The notes under the pieces were generated by a model. That model was given only the letters and a program-made list of their open reading frames with translations. It made no database searches and was not told the DNA's origin. The position numbers and the translations under genes are program-made. From an uncultured Nitrososphaerota archaeon (GTDB lineage: Archaea > Thermoproteota > Nitrososphaeria > Nitrososphaerales > Gagatemarchaeaceae): a DNA stretch of 64,000 bases. Shown in pieces: positions 10,085 through 20,107 of this stretch (its first letter is position 1; each line of letters starts with the position of its first letter). The stretch covers positions 576,001-640,000 of the forward strand of contig CAVRAG010000008.1 in the NCBI GenBank assembly GCA_963718895.1, given 5' to 3'.

Positions 10085-10483
10085 CTACCGCAGTTTGTAC
10101 GTCAGGAAATAGAATCGGGGGGAGGTCCGGGCCAGTGAAATCACCCGCTCCCATATCTTGTAACATCGCAGGAGCGTCAGAGGATCGCCGAACACCAACA
10201 GATCTCCGGCATTGATAGCTTCTTCAAGAGTCAAACGTCCTTCCAGAACTTTGAAGAGGCAGTCTCTGCTCATGTAGACGCGGGCGTTTATCTCGTTCTT
10301 CCTGGCCCGCGAGGTAATCCTGATCCTTCGGTTTCGGACCTCGATTATGGCCGTCTCTTTGTCGAGCATCTGGAAATAGGTGAGACCCTTCGCCTCCCTG
10401 ATTATCCCGTCGAGCTGCTCGGGATAGTCTTCGCGCAGCAGATCGAGCAGCTCGTTCAGGAACCGTCCGAGTCTCAATGCCAT
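10085..10483 (-). CDS. SCP2 sterol/lipid-binding domain protein
   Basis: LFKVLEGRLTLEEAINAGDLLVFGD is the typical SCP2 C-terminal signature. Confidence 0.75.
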   Translation of the reverse strand: MALRLGRFLNELLDLLREDYPEQLDGIIREAKGLTYFQMLDKETAIIEVRNRRIRITSRARKNEINARVYMSRDCLFKVLEGRLTLEEAINAGDLLVFGDPLTLLRCYKIWERVISLARTSPRFYFLTYKLR

Positions 10484-11595
10484 CTTGTGTTCCCAGTGTT
10501 CCCTCGCGGTCTTACTGACTCGAACCAGGCAGGGATGGTCCCATAGTATTTTTCACCGCCCAAAGTGGCGCTGAAAGCTGCGCTGCAGTACATCTCGTTG
10601 AAAGTAGTTTCAGCCTCTTCAATGCCGGCGACGACTATCGTGCACACCGCCTTGGGCGTGAAGACGACACCCACGCTGTCCGAGTCTTGAGACGCTGAGA
10701 AGGTCGTTGTCTCCGGGATCTTGGGTCGATAGTCAGGGTAGAGCAGGCGGGTGACCCCGGGAAGGTAGGCCCTCTCACCGGAGAACTCGCCCGACTTGAT
10801 GACCTTGACATTCTCGGACTCGAAGAATCTCTCGGTGCCATCGGGCGTCTTGACGATGATCCCACCGTATTCAGACTCGCCTGAGGGGCCGTATCTGTAG
10901 AACAGGAAACTGACTTTGTCCGGTTCACCCTTGTTCGCCGGGTCGCACAGTAGAACCCCGGTGTCCCAACCGGTCACGCTCCCCCAATCGAACCGGCCGC
11001 CTTCGTGGTCCTGATAGCCGGTTGTGGTATCAATCAAGTAGTTGGACCCGTCCACCCCTATGCTTCCGACGACGCTCAGCCTTGGAAGCTCCACCCACTT
11101 GTCCCAGATCTGAGCCATCTCGTTGGCTGCCCCTAGCATCCCCAGCGTTATCCGGTTATTGGCTAGAATGTCAGAGCCAATCTGGTTCATCGTCACCGGA
11201 GGCAAGACCACTGGGAGGTTCAGGTCAAGCGATACTCCGTCTATGTTTCCCTTTATCTTGAACGAGCTGTCACCCAGGTAAGAAACCGATACGCTCCCTG
11301 CCATGAAGTCCGGACTGTAGGGGGATACGCTCAACTCAGTGAGGGGAATCAACTTCATAGCCGTGTGGACCTTGCCGTCTGGCGCCACCAGGAAGGCGAG
11401 GGTCGCTCCGTAGCCGAGCGCGGCATCGTAGGGGTTACCATGAATGGCGAAGTTCAACAGGCCGAAGAGATCTCTCTTGCGGTCAAAGAAGACGAAGTCG
11501 TGCCACTCCTTGTAGAGAGACAGGCGCGGGTCGAAGACCGAGGGGAGGTCGAAAGAGTCAACCCAGGTTACGTCCGCGATGGTCGATGAAAGCAC
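10474..11595 (-). CDS. CrtC/AttH/tocopherol-cyclase-like beta-barrel protein
   Basis: YKEWHDF near N-terminus; GYQDHEGGRFDW...GWD resembles the GYxDHxWG motif of this superfamily. Confidence 0.55.
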   Translation of the reverse strand: MLSSTIADVTWVDSFDLPSVFDPRLSLYKEWHDFVFFDRKRDLFGLLNFAIHGNPYDAALGYGATLAFLVAPDGKVHTAMKLIPLTELSVSPYSPDFMAGSVSVSYLGDSSFKIKGNIDGVSLDLNLPVVLPPVTMNQIGSDILANNRITLGMLGAANEMAQIWDKWVELPRLSVVGSIGVDGSNYLIDTTTGYQDHEGGRFDWGSVTGWDTGVLLCDPANKGEPDKVSFLFYRYGPSGESEYGGIIVKTPDGTERFFESENVKVIKSGEFSGERAYLPGVTRLLYPDYRPKIPETTTFSASQDSDSVGVVFTPKAVCTIVVAGIEEAETTFNEMYCSAAFSATLGGEKYYGTIPAWFESVRPRGNTGNTRWH

Positions 11596-11614
11596 GGGTG
11601 GGGCGCACCTCGCC

Positions 11615-12010
11615 TCACTTCTCGCGCGATTGATTGTCTAAAATCTCTAGGGTCCGGGCCGAGAGCTTCTGCAGTAGGACCATCTGGTCGGTGTTGAACT
11701 GGAGGAAAGCCCTCGTCAGGTCCTTGATCGAGGCTTCCACCACGGTCGACATGTCCTTGCTGTCCAGCTTGGACAGCCGACCCGAGAGAGCACCCATCTT
11801 CTGAATCGATTGGAGGGAGTTCGCCAAGGACGCCTGGGTCAGCTTCGTTATCTGCGCCTGGTATTCAGGACTAGAGAGGGTCTTGACGGCCTGGTCGAGG
11901 ACGCGCTGTACCGTCTTCGGGTCGACGTTGATCGTTGTAGTGCTGGTGGACGAGGCGTGGCGGTGATGACGAGCCGAGTCACCCTTCTTGGTTGTTCTCT
12001 TCGACGACAC
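11615..12010 (-). CDS. Hypothetical amphipathic helical protein
   Basis: 131 aa ORF co-directional inside the operon. Confidence 0.65.
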   Translation of the reverse strand: MSSKRTTKKGDSARHHRHASSTSTTTINVDPKTVQRVLDQAVKTLSSPEYQAQITKLTQASLANSLQSIQKMGALSGRLSKLDSKDMSTVVEASIKDLTRAFLQFNTDQMVLLQKLSARTLEILDNQSREK

Positions 12011-12035
12011 GACAAAACTTGGCTCGGTCGGGCAC

Positions 12036-13058
12036 TTATCTCTTTCGATGTATCAGGTAGTTGGTTTGGTCTAAAAAGAAGTCCTTCCAGCGCCTCTCGG
12101 TCATCCAATCGCATTCATTCTGAAGTATCTCCTTCGCGTCCTTGGCCAATCCCAGCGCGACCTCCCTCGCATTCTCAAAACTGGAGTACTTCACCATGAG
12201 CTCACGCACGAAGGAGACGTCCGACTCCGTCTTCTCCTCTCTCGGCTTCCTGAGGATTCTCCTCATCTCCTTAAGCTCACGGGCGTCGCAAGAGTTGAGA
12301 AGGTGAATCAGGATGAGCGTCCTCTTTCCTTCGAGGATGTCACCGTTTATCTCCTTGCCGTAGACCTTCTCCGAGGCCGACAGGTTGAGAGTGTCGTCGG
12401 TGATCTGGAAGGCCAGCCCGATGTTCAGCGCGAACCGGGTGAATGTCTCGAGCTGTTCGGTGGTAGCAGAGTCGCTGCCGATGATCAACCCCGTCCTGCA
12501 CGGGGTGATGGTCGTGTACCAGCAGGTCTTGTCCTCGCAGAGACGGAAATAGTCGCTGGGCCTCAGGTCGGTCGTGTTGTTCTTCACGTACGTGAGCTCG
12601 GTAATCTGCCCCGCGACGCTCCTGTTCGCCATCGTCTGAATCTCAAGAATCACCTGGAGGGACTTTCTGACTCCTATCACACTGAGGTTGTCTATCAAGG
12701 GGGACATGCTGAGTATCTTCAGAGCGTCCCCCGCGTTCGCTGCGAGGGCGAGGCCGTACTTCCTGTTCAGGGTGAGGTCCCCCCGCCGATAGAGAGACTG
12801 GTCAACCACGTCGTCCTTGATGAGAAAGGCGTTGTGGAGGAGTTCGATAGCGGCGCCCGTGTTCAGAGCGTTCTCGTAGTCTCCCCCGACCGACGCCGCC
12901 GCAGCAAGACAGAATGCGGGCCGGATACCCTTTGCCGGTCGCGTGGGGTAGTCTGAGAGGAGCTTGTACGCGAGGGTGCTAGGACTAAAGTTCTGTCTCA
13001 GGTAATGCTGCATCCGCTCGCCCACCTTCCTCCTAAGCAGTGACATGTCCTCCTTCAA
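12036..13058 (-). CDS. Polyprenyl diphosphate synthase (second paralogue)
   Basis: KGIRP, FARM DDVVD..RRG, GQ, KT, SARM FQITDD, EGK. Confidence 0.9.
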   Translation of the reverse strand: MKEDMSLLRRKVGERMQHYLRQNFSPSTLAYKLLSDYPTRPAKGIRPAFCLAAAASVGGDYENALNTGAAIELLHNAFLIKDDVVDQSLYRRGDLTLNRKYGLALAANAGDALKILSMSPLIDNLSVIGVRKSLQVILEIQTMANRSVAGQITELTYVKNNTTDLRPSDYFRLCEDKTCWYTTITPCRTGLIIGSDSATTEQLETFTRFALNIGLAFQITDDTLNLSASEKVYGKEINGDILEGKRTLILIHLLNSCDARELKEMRRILRKPREEKTESDVSFVRELMVKYSSFENAREVALGLAKDAKEILQNECDWMTERRWKDFFLDQTNYLIHRKR

Positions 13059-13246
13059 ACGATTCCCAACCTTCTCGAGAGTTATTTTAACAGTGCCGTC
13101 GAGCGGCGGTTCACGGTTGGAGACCGGGTGTGTTTGCGCTTCGGACTCGGCAAGAATCGCGTATCCCCCGCAGGCCGACTAGGGACTTGTGCACTGATTC
13201 CCGTTCTTCGGAGACTCATCAGAGCTACGGGACGACCCGCCGCCGG

Positions 13247-14407
13247 TCAGGGCGACCGAGGTTCGTGAATCGCAGCCCGGAGGCAGGCCGGGTCCGAGGA
13301 GAGCGGATCGCCGTAGAAGGAGTAGGCCCTCGCTCTGCTCCCGCCACAGACCTCCCTGAACTCGCAGACGCTGCAGGGGCCGCGCATCCGCCTCATCCTT
13401 ACGTCCAGAAGGAGGTCGTCCTCCCTGTACACGCGTACCAGGTCGTCCGTCTTCACGTTGCCGATCTCGACCGGGACCAGGCCTCCGGGGTGGATCTTGC
13501 CGTCGTACCCGACGAAGATTATCCCGTCACCGTCGAGCGTGCCCCTCGGGTTCAGCGTGGAATGGCCCGTTGGCTGACCCTCGGCCTCGAGGAGTCCTGC
13601 CTTGAGCTTGAGGTACGCGTCCTGCGTCCAGTAGCCGCCCGACTGAGACCTCTGTCTGACGACACGTCTTATGAAGGGCGCCTCGACACACCGCACGATC
13701 ACCCCGTAGAAGGAAGCGTCATAGAGGAAGTTGCAGACACTCTCACACTCCTCTGGCGTGAGATCGTCTACCTGCGAGCCTCTTCCGACTCGGACCAAGA
13801 AGAACAGCTCCCAGGTCTTGACCCCGAGGCTCCTTATCAGATGAAAGAGCTGGGGTAGCTCTGAATAGTTCCGTTCCATGATAGCGGTGTTGATCTGGGG
13901 ATTCAGGCCGAGGCTCACCGCATCCTTCATCGCCTGAATCGTCCTATCGTAGGTGCCCGCTTCCCCCCGGATCGAGTCGTGGGTCTGCGCCAGAGCGCCA
14001 TCCAGACTGAGCGAGACAGAGGTCGCTCCGGCATCTCTGATCCGCTTGAGCACGTCGTAGGTCAGCAGTTCGGTCGCCGCAGGCGAGACCGCGAACCTTA
14101 CGCCCGACTTCGTCGCGTGCGTGAGAAGCTCGAAAAGGTCCTTCCGGAGGAGCGGATCCCCGCCCGTGAAGATTATGGTGGGGCTCGGCCTTCCGAAGGA
14201 TGCGACCTGGTCGATGAGCCGCCGCCCCTCGTCCAGCGTGAGCTCTCCGGGCAATGCCTCCTTGATGGCCGAGGCCCTGCAGTGGACGCACGAGAGCAGA
14301 CAGGCCCTGGTCATCTCCCAGAAGACCAGGACGGGCTTCTCGGAGAACAGCTTTCCCGGCCTAGTCCCGTTGCTCACCACCGCCGTGGGCGTCTGACTCG
14401 TTTCCAT
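13247..14407 (-). CDS. Radical SAM/SPASM protein, AhbD/NirJ-like (TIGR04053-like), probable coproheme decarboxylase
   Basis: CLLSCVHC, TGGDP, C-terminal CSVC...CGGSRARA...DPAC; last gene of the hem operon. Confidence 0.75.
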   Translation of the reverse strand: METSQTPTAVVSNGTRPGKLFSEKPVLVFWEMTRACLLSCVHCRASAIKEALPGELTLDEGRRLIDQVASFGRPSPTIIFTGGDPLLRKDLFELLTHATKSGVRFAVSPAATELLTYDVLKRIRDAGATSVSLSLDGALAQTHDSIRGEAGTYDRTIQAMKDAVSLGLNPQINTAIMERNYSELPQLFHLIRSLGVKTWELFFLVRVGRGSQVDDLTPEECESVCNFLYDASFYGVIVRCVEAPFIRRVVRQRSQSGGYWTQDAYLKLKAGLLEAEGQPTGHSTLNPRGTLDGDGIIFVGYDGKIHPGGLVPVEIGNVKTDDLVRVYREDDLLLDVRMRRMRGPCSVCEFREVCGGSRARAYSFYGDPLSSDPACLRAAIHEPRSP

Positions 14408-14413
14408 GTCAAA

Positions 14414-15320
14414 TCACTCGAAGTGCTTTCCAACGACGAGAGAGTGCAGGCACCCTATAAGCTCGCTCGAGTCGTTCAGGGACTCGCACCTCGCGAGCTG
14501 AGCCCCATGGTCGTTGGCCCACTGCCTGCATTCGACGTCTATGTCGTAGAGTATCTCAAGATGGTCGGAGACGAACCCGACCGGCGCGATCAGGAAGCTC
14601 CTTCTCCCCTTCGCCAGCAGCGACTGAAGGTGGTCCAGTATGTCTGGTCCCAGCCATGGCTCGCGTGTATGGCTGGCGCTCTGGAACGCGAAGCTCCACC
14701 TGTCCGTCCCGACCTTCGCGGCTATCATCCCTGACGTCTCCAGTAGCTGATCTCTGTAGGGGTCCCCCTGGGCCAGTATGCTCTCTGGGAGGCTGTGCGC
14801 CGAGAAGACAAGGGAGTAGTCCTCGGGAAGGGCCTTCTCGGCCTCACGGATCCTTCCAGCCCAGGCCTCGATCAGCAGAGGATCGATTGTGCCACGAGGG
14901 AACCGAGTCGAGCTTCATCTTCTTGCTGAGGGATTCGTTCGCCAGCTCGACCGCAAGCAGGTACGTGCCCGTGCTCATCTTTGAGTAATGGGGCGCGAGC
15001 GCTATTGAGAGGAGTCGATCGACACCGTCGTCCGCGGCCTTGGCAACTACGTCGGAGATGAACGGCGGGGAGTGCTTCATTCCCGTGTACACGCGAGTCT
15101 CTGAGCCTCCGCTGCGGAGTCGAGCCTGCAGCCCGTCTCTCAGGCTCTCCGTGATCCGAATCAAGGGAGAAGTTCCCCCGATGGCTCGGTATCTCGCGAC
15201 GAGGTTGGCAACGTCGGCCTCGGAGGGCGTCCGACCGCCCCGGATGTTGGTATAGTACGTCCCGACATCTTCGAGGGAGCGGGGCGTCCCGTAGGCCATG
15301 AGGATGACGCCTTTCATCAT
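14414..15320 (-). CDS. hemH: Coproporphyrin ferrochelatase (+1 frameshift at ~14885)
   Basis: MAYGTP, GGTSPL, GMKHSPPF; after removing 1 nt: FSAHSLP..GDPY..WLGPD..GFVSDHLEILYDID. Confidence 0.9.
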
Positions 15321-16354
15321 CTTCTGCTCCTGGTCCTCTCGTGGACCAGCTTGACGATGCTCTGGAGGTTCTGCGGGTTGGTCTCTCGCGCGACACCGTG
15401 TCCAAGGCTGAAGACGTGGCCCATGCGTCCCCGGGCCGCCGTGAGGATGCCGGAGACCTTCCTCTCCATCAACTCTCCGCCCGCCACAGCAGCTGCGGGG
15501 TCGAGGTTCCCTTGAACCGCGGTCTCCCCGACGCACCTGGTCCAGACATCCTCTATCGGCACTCTCCAGTCGACGCTCAGTACATCCGCTCCCGACCTGT
15601 GGAAGAGCTCTATCAGGGACGCCGAGTCTGCACAGAAGTGTATTTTGGGAACTCCGCTGATCGCGGCTAGGACCTCTGTGGTGTATGGGAGCACAGACTG
15701 CTCGTAGTCTTCGGGAGCCAGACACCCGACCCAGCTGTCGAAGAGCTGGACCGCTTGAACGCCATGCTTGACCTGGGCGCTCAGGTAGTCCCCGACCATC
15801 TTCGTCAGCTTGGCCATCAGCGACCTCCAGAGCTCCGGCTCGGAGTACATCGTCGCCTTCGTCCTCTCAAGATTTCTGCTCGGGCCTCCCTCGATCATGT
15901 ACGCCGCGAGCGTGAACGGAGCGCCTGCGAACCCGATCAGGGGCACCGTCCCGTCTAGTTTCCTCAAGGTCGCCGCTATCCCGTCGTAGAGATAGGCCAT
16001 GTCGTTCTCAGGCTCGAGGACGCCGAGCGACTCGACGTCTTCGAGGGCTCGGATCGGGTTTGAGACCACGGGCCCGACGTTCTCCTGGATCTTGAAGTCC
16101 ACCCCGATGCCCTCCAGAGGGAGCATGATGTCTGCGAAGACGATCGCGGCGTCAACTCCGAGCACTCTCACCGCATCGACCGCGACCTCTGAGGCCAGCT
16201 CCGGGTCCCTTGCCAGATCTGTGATCACCATCTCGCCCTTGATCCGTGCGTAGCTCGGGAGATACCGCCCGGCCTGGCGCATGAACCAGACGGGCGTGGA
16301 CTCGGTCTCCTTCCTGTTGCACGCCTCAAGAAAAGACGTGTTCACAGCGCTCAC
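15317..16354 (-). CDS. hemE: Uroporphyrinogen decarboxylase
   Basis: PVWFMRQAGRYLP, LIGFAGAPFTLA, QLFDSW, QGNLDP, LGHG. Confidence 0.95.
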   Translation of the reverse strand: MSAVNTSFLEACNRKETESTPVWFMRQAGRYLPSYARIKGEMVITDLARDPELASEVAVDAVRVLGVDAAIVFADIMLPLEGIGVDFKIQENVGPVVSNPIRALEDVESLGVLEPENDMAYLYDGIAATLRKLDGTVPLIGFAGAPFTLAAYMIEGGPSRNLERTKATMYSEPELWRSLMAKLTKMVGDYLSAQVKHGVQAVQLFDSWVGCLAPEDYEQSVLPYTTEVLAAISGVPKIHFCADSASLIELFHRSGADVLSVDWRVPIEDVWTRCVGETAVQGNLDPAAAVAGGELMERKVSGILTAARGRMGHVFSLGHGVARETNPQNLQSIVKLVHERTRSRR

Positions 16355-17640
16355 CTCCGGATCTCCCTGAAGGCACGCCCCGCCGTGTCGATCGTATGGT
16401 CGAGATCCTCCTCTGAATGGGCTGCGGACACGAAGATGGTCTCGAAGGCGGACGGGGGGAGGTACACCCCGCCTTCAAGCATCGCCCTGTGGAACCTGCC
16501 ATAGAGCTTGAAGTTCGTGGCCTTTGCCTCTTCGAAGTTCCTCACTCCGTAGGGACCGAAGAATAGTCCGACCATCGAGGCGGCCCTGTTGATGGTGATC
16601 GCGCGACCTGCAGAGGCGGCGGCGTCTCTCATCCCGGCTTCGAGTCGAGCCGACCGCCTCTCGAGCTTCTGGTAGGTCTTCTGGTCGAGAAGGGAGAGGG
16701 TGGCAAGGCCCGCGGCCATGGCGACGGGGTTCCCCGAGAGAGTCCCTGCCTGATAGACGGGACCTTCGGGCGCGACCATCTGCATGACCTCGCGGCGGGC
16801 ACCGTAAGCGCCGACCGGGAATCCGCCGCCGATTATCTTGCCGAGGCACGTTATGTCGGGCCGAACGCCGAAGATCCCCTGGGCGCCGCCGGCGGCGACC
16901 CGGAATCCCGTGATGACTTCGTCGAATATCAAGAGGGAGCCATGCGCTGTGCAGAGCTTCCTTAGGGCCTCCAGGAATCCGGGCTCCGGGACCACCACGC
17001 CCATGTTGCCCGCCACTGGTTCGACTATCGCGGCCGCGATCGTGTTTCCGTAGAGCCGGAACGCCGCCTCAAGCGCCGGGACGTCGTTGTAGGGGACCGT
17101 CACGGCGTCCGCGCCGATGTATCCCGGCACACCCCCGGAGCTCGGGAGGTCCAGCGTGGCCAGCCCCGAGCCCGCATGCGTCAGGAATGGGTCCGCGTGG
17201 CCGTGGTAACATCCGTCGAATTTCAGTAGCTTCGTTCTCGAGGTGTAAGCTCTCGCCAGACGGAGGGCGGACATCGTAGCCTCGGTGCCCGAATTCACGA
17301 ACCGGACCTTCTCGATGCTCGGGACCAGGGAACACACTTTCTCGGCCAGTTTCAGCTCGGAGACGGTCGGCGCTCCGAAGCTTGTGCCCCGCTCCACGGC
17401 CCCGATGGTCGCCTTCACCACCGCCGGATGAGAGTGTCCAAGAATCATGGGCCCCCACGAACAGACGTAGTCGATGTACTCGTTTCCGTCGACGTCGCGA
17501 ATCTTCGAGCCCCGACCGCTCGCCATGAAGATGGGCACCCCTCCGACGGCCTTGAACGCCCTCACGGGGCTGCTCACCCCTCCGACCATTACCCGCTCCG
17601 CCTTTTCGTAGAGCTCCTTCGAGCGAGTTGTCTTCAGCAA
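16351..17640 (-). CDS. hemL: Glutamate-1-semialdehyde 2,1-aminomutase
   Basis: GGVSSPVRAF, NSGTEATM, FDEVITGFR, LGKIIGGG, AGTLSGNP. Confidence 0.95.
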   Translation of the reverse strand: MLKTTRSKELYEKAERVMVGGVSSPVRAFKAVGGVPIFMASGRGSKIRDVDGNEYIDYVCSWGPMILGHSHPAVVKATIGAVERGTSFGAPTVSELKLAEKVCSLVPSIEKVRFVNSGTEATMSALRLARAYTSRTKLLKFDGCYHGHADPFLTHAGSGLATLDLPSSGGVPGYIGADAVTVPYNDVPALEAAFRLYGNTIAAAIVEPVAGNMGVVVPEPGFLEALRKLCTAHGSLLIFDEVITGFRVAAGGAQGIFGVRPDITCLGKIIGGGFPVGAYGARREVMQMVAPEGPVYQAGTLSGNPVAMAAGLATLSLLDQKTYQKLERRSARLEAGMRDAAASAGRAITINRAASMVGLFFGPYGVRNFEEAKATNFKLYGRFHRAMLEGGVYLPPSAFETIFVSAAHSEEDLDHTIDTAGRAFREIRR

Positions 17641-17646
17641 GGTCGC

Positions 17647-18363
17647 CTAGCCTATCAGGTCCAGCATTCTCTGGGCATCGACCCGCCGGCACGTGAAGAT
17701 GGGCGTCTCGAGCTGGGTGTACATGCTCGCGTCCGACCCCCTCAGGTCCTCGACGAGGGCGAGAAACTCAGACGGGTCATCGCCCTCGAATGCCAGCATG
17801 AACTCCTGGTCGTCGAGTCCGAACGAGTAGCCTGTGTTGATCTTGATTCGTGGATACTTGTGGCCAACCTTGAAGTGCTCGGCCATCATCCGCTGCCGTT
17901 CTACGAAGGGGAGCTTGTACCATTCCCTCTTCTTGACGAACGGATAGACGAAAAGGTACTTTGAAGTGGAGGGTGTTTCTCCTCCTGTTCCTTCTTGCCC
18001 AGGGTGCCTGTGCGAGCCGAGGTAGCGGGACCGGCGGGTCATCGTCAGGTAGGAGTAAGGCGTCTCAAGGTATCTCCCCAGCCTGGTGAGCTGAAGGCTG
18101 GAGAACAAACCTTGGAAGGGGTCGAGGTCGGTCGAACTCGCGAGAATCATGAAGTCGGCATCCCCCCTGATCCCGACGAGCGAGAAGAATGAGAGCTCCA
18201 CGTTCCTCTGATTCGTGAGAACGTCGAGGAACTCGCTCCGACCCTCTTCCCTGTCACTCCGATCGAGGAACCTCCACTCCCGGGCGGTCTTGAAGAAGGT
18301 ATACCTGAGGTACCGCTTCTCGACCTCCATCTTCGAGGGTTCGCCGCTCGCCCCTTCCTCCAT
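17647..18363 (-). CDS. hemQ: Coproheme decarboxylase (chlorite dismutase family, ChdC)
   Basis: YPFVKKREWY, proximal His in MMAEH, FGLDDQEF. Confidence 0.85.
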   Translation of the reverse strand: MEEGASGEPSKMEVEKRYLRYTFFKTAREWRFLDRSDREEGRSEFLDVLTNQRNVELSFFSLVGIRGDADFMILASSTDLDPFQGLFSSLQLTRLGRYLETPYSYLTMTRRSRYLGSHRHPGQEGTGGETPSTSKYLFVYPFVKKREWYKLPFVERQRMMAEHFKVGHKYPRIKINTGYSFGLDDQEFMLAFEGDDPSEFLALVEDLRGSDASMYTQLETPIFTCRRVDAQRMLDLIG

Positions 18364-19359
18364 CTAGCTCGTCTCCCTGAGCCAGCCGGCGGCCTGCTCC
18401 GCGTAGTAGGTGACCAGAATGTCCGCGCCCGCTCTCCTTATGGCGGTCAGCACCTCCATCGCGGCCCTCTTCTCGTCCAGCCATCCTCTCTGACTGGCGG
18501 CCTTTATCATCGAGTACTCGCCGCTGACGTTGTACGCCGCTATTGGCAGATCGAACCGCGACCTAGCCTCCGCTATGACGTCGAGATATGGAAGAGCTGG
18601 CTTCACCATGATGATGTCTGCGCCTTCGTCGACGTCTCCCTCGATCTCCCTCATCGCCTCTCGCCGATTCGCACCGTTCATCTGGTACGCTCTCCTGTCC
18701 CCGAACGAGGGAGTCGAGCCCGCGGCCTCGCGGAAAGGTCCGTAGAACGACGAAGCGAACTTTGCGGAATACCCCATCACGAGCGTCTCTTGAAATCCCG
18801 AGTCGTCAAGGGCAGTCCTTATGGCACCGACCTGCTTGTCCATCATTGCGCTAGGAGCCACGATGTCCGCTCCAGCCCGTGCGTACTCCACAGCAGCCTT
18901 CGCCAGCAGGGGGAGGGTCAGGTCGTTGTCGACGCGACCGTCCTTCAGGACACCGCAGTGTCCGTGTGAGGTGTATTCGCAGAGGCAAACGTCAGCGATG
19001 ACCAGGGCGGAAGGATTCTTCCTCTTGATCTCCGAGATCGCCTTCGGGACTATTCCGTCGCCGGAGTAGGCCTGGCTCCCCATCTCGTCCTTCGTCTCTG
19101 GCACTCCGAAGAGGAGGACTGTGTGGATTCCTAACTCCCAGAGGCGATTGACGTAGTCTCCCAGTCGATCCACCGAGTATCTGTAGACTCCGGGCATCGC
19201 CTCGACAGGCTCGAACACGTTCTCCCCATAGCGAACGAATATGGGTGCAACGAGTCGCGAGACCTGCAGGTCGGTCTCGTTGACGAGCCTCCTTACCGAC
19301 TCCGACCTTCTCAGCCGTCTGAGCCTGACGCCTTCTCCCCCGTGCTCAATCAACGCCAT
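18364..19359 (-). CDS. hemB: Porphobilinogen synthase
   Basis: DVCLCEYTSHGHCG, YSAKFASSFYGPFREA, MVKPAL, AAYNVSGEY. Confidence 0.95.
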   Translation of the reverse strand: MALIEHGGEGVRLRRLRRSESVRRLVNETDLQVSRLVAPIFVRYGENVFEPVEAMPGVYRYSVDRLGDYVNRLWELGIHTVLLFGVPETKDEMGSQAYSGDGIVPKAISEIKRKNPSALVIADVCLCEYTSHGHCGVLKDGRVDNDLTLPLLAKAAVEYARAGADIVAPSAMMDKQVGAIRTALDDSGFQETLVMGYSAKFASSFYGPFREAAGSTPSFGDRRAYQMNGANRREAMREIEGDVDEGADIIMVKPALPYLDVIAEARSRFDLPIAAYNVSGEYSMIKAASQRGWLDEKRAAMEVLTAIRRAGADILVTYYAEQAAGWLRETS

Positions 19360-20107
19360 TCAGCTCCAATATCCTCTCGACAAGTGAATCGAACGTCTGA
19401 ACCTTGGGCGTGATGACATGCCCGAATCCGTGCGCTCTTGCGGCCTTGGCCGTGACCGGGCCGATGCAGACCACGCGCATCTTCCTGCTGCTCTCGAGTT
19501 CTCCCGACGATACCAACTGGCAGAAGCCCTCCACAGAGGAGGGGCTCGCGAACACTATGAGGTCGGCGCCTTCGAGCTGCACCTCTGCACCTTTCCCTCC
19601 ATACTCGGTTCGATAGATTGCAAGCTCCTTCACGTCGAAGCCGCGGCCTCTGAGCTCCTCGGACATGGCCGGATCAGCGATGTCAGCCCGGAGCAGGAGC
19701 ACCCTCCGTCCCGAGTTGCCGGGCAGTTCCTCGGCGAGCCTCCGGGTGAGGTAGCTCGACGGCGTGAAGACCGTAGCGGCTCCCATCTTGGAGAGCGCGC
19801 CCGCGGTACCCTTGCCGACGGCGGCAAAGCTCGGAGGCGCCTCCAGAGGCAGTTTGAGTGAGAGTTTCTTCATACGTCGGGCAAAGAACTCGACCCCGGT
19901 TGCTGAGGTGAAGACCAGCCAGTGGTAGGAGTCGAGGTCCTTCAGGCTTGCGTCGATGGCGGACCAGTTTCGTGGGGCGAGAAACGAGATAGTGTCCACG
20001 GATATTGGGTTGAACCCCCGTCGTCGCAAATCTGCTGCGAGCGCTCTGTTGCCTTCTTTCGACCGCGTAATCACGATGTTCTGAATCCGCGCCGTTCTGA
20101 GGGTCAT
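19346..20107 (-). CDS. hemD: Uroporphyrinogen-III synthase
   Basis: VITRS, FTSATGV, AVGKGTA, FASPSSV, CIGPVTA. Confidence 0.9.
   Translation of the reverse strand: MTLRTARIQNIVITRSKEGNRALAADLRRRGFNPISVDTISFLAPRNWSAIDASLKDLDSYHWLVFTSATGVEFFARRMKKLSLKLPLEAPPSFAAVGKGTAGALSKMGAATVFTPSSYLTRRLAEELPGNSGRRVLLLRADIADPAMSEELRGRGFDVKELAIYRTEYGGKGAEVQLEGADLIVFASPSSVEGFCQLVSSGELESSRKMRVVCIGPVTAKAARAHGFGHVITPKVQTFDSLVERILELNGVD

Noticed and set aside
17647-18363. True chlorite dismutase
   Set aside because: Its position inside the hem operon with hemY and hemH favours coproheme decarboxylase.
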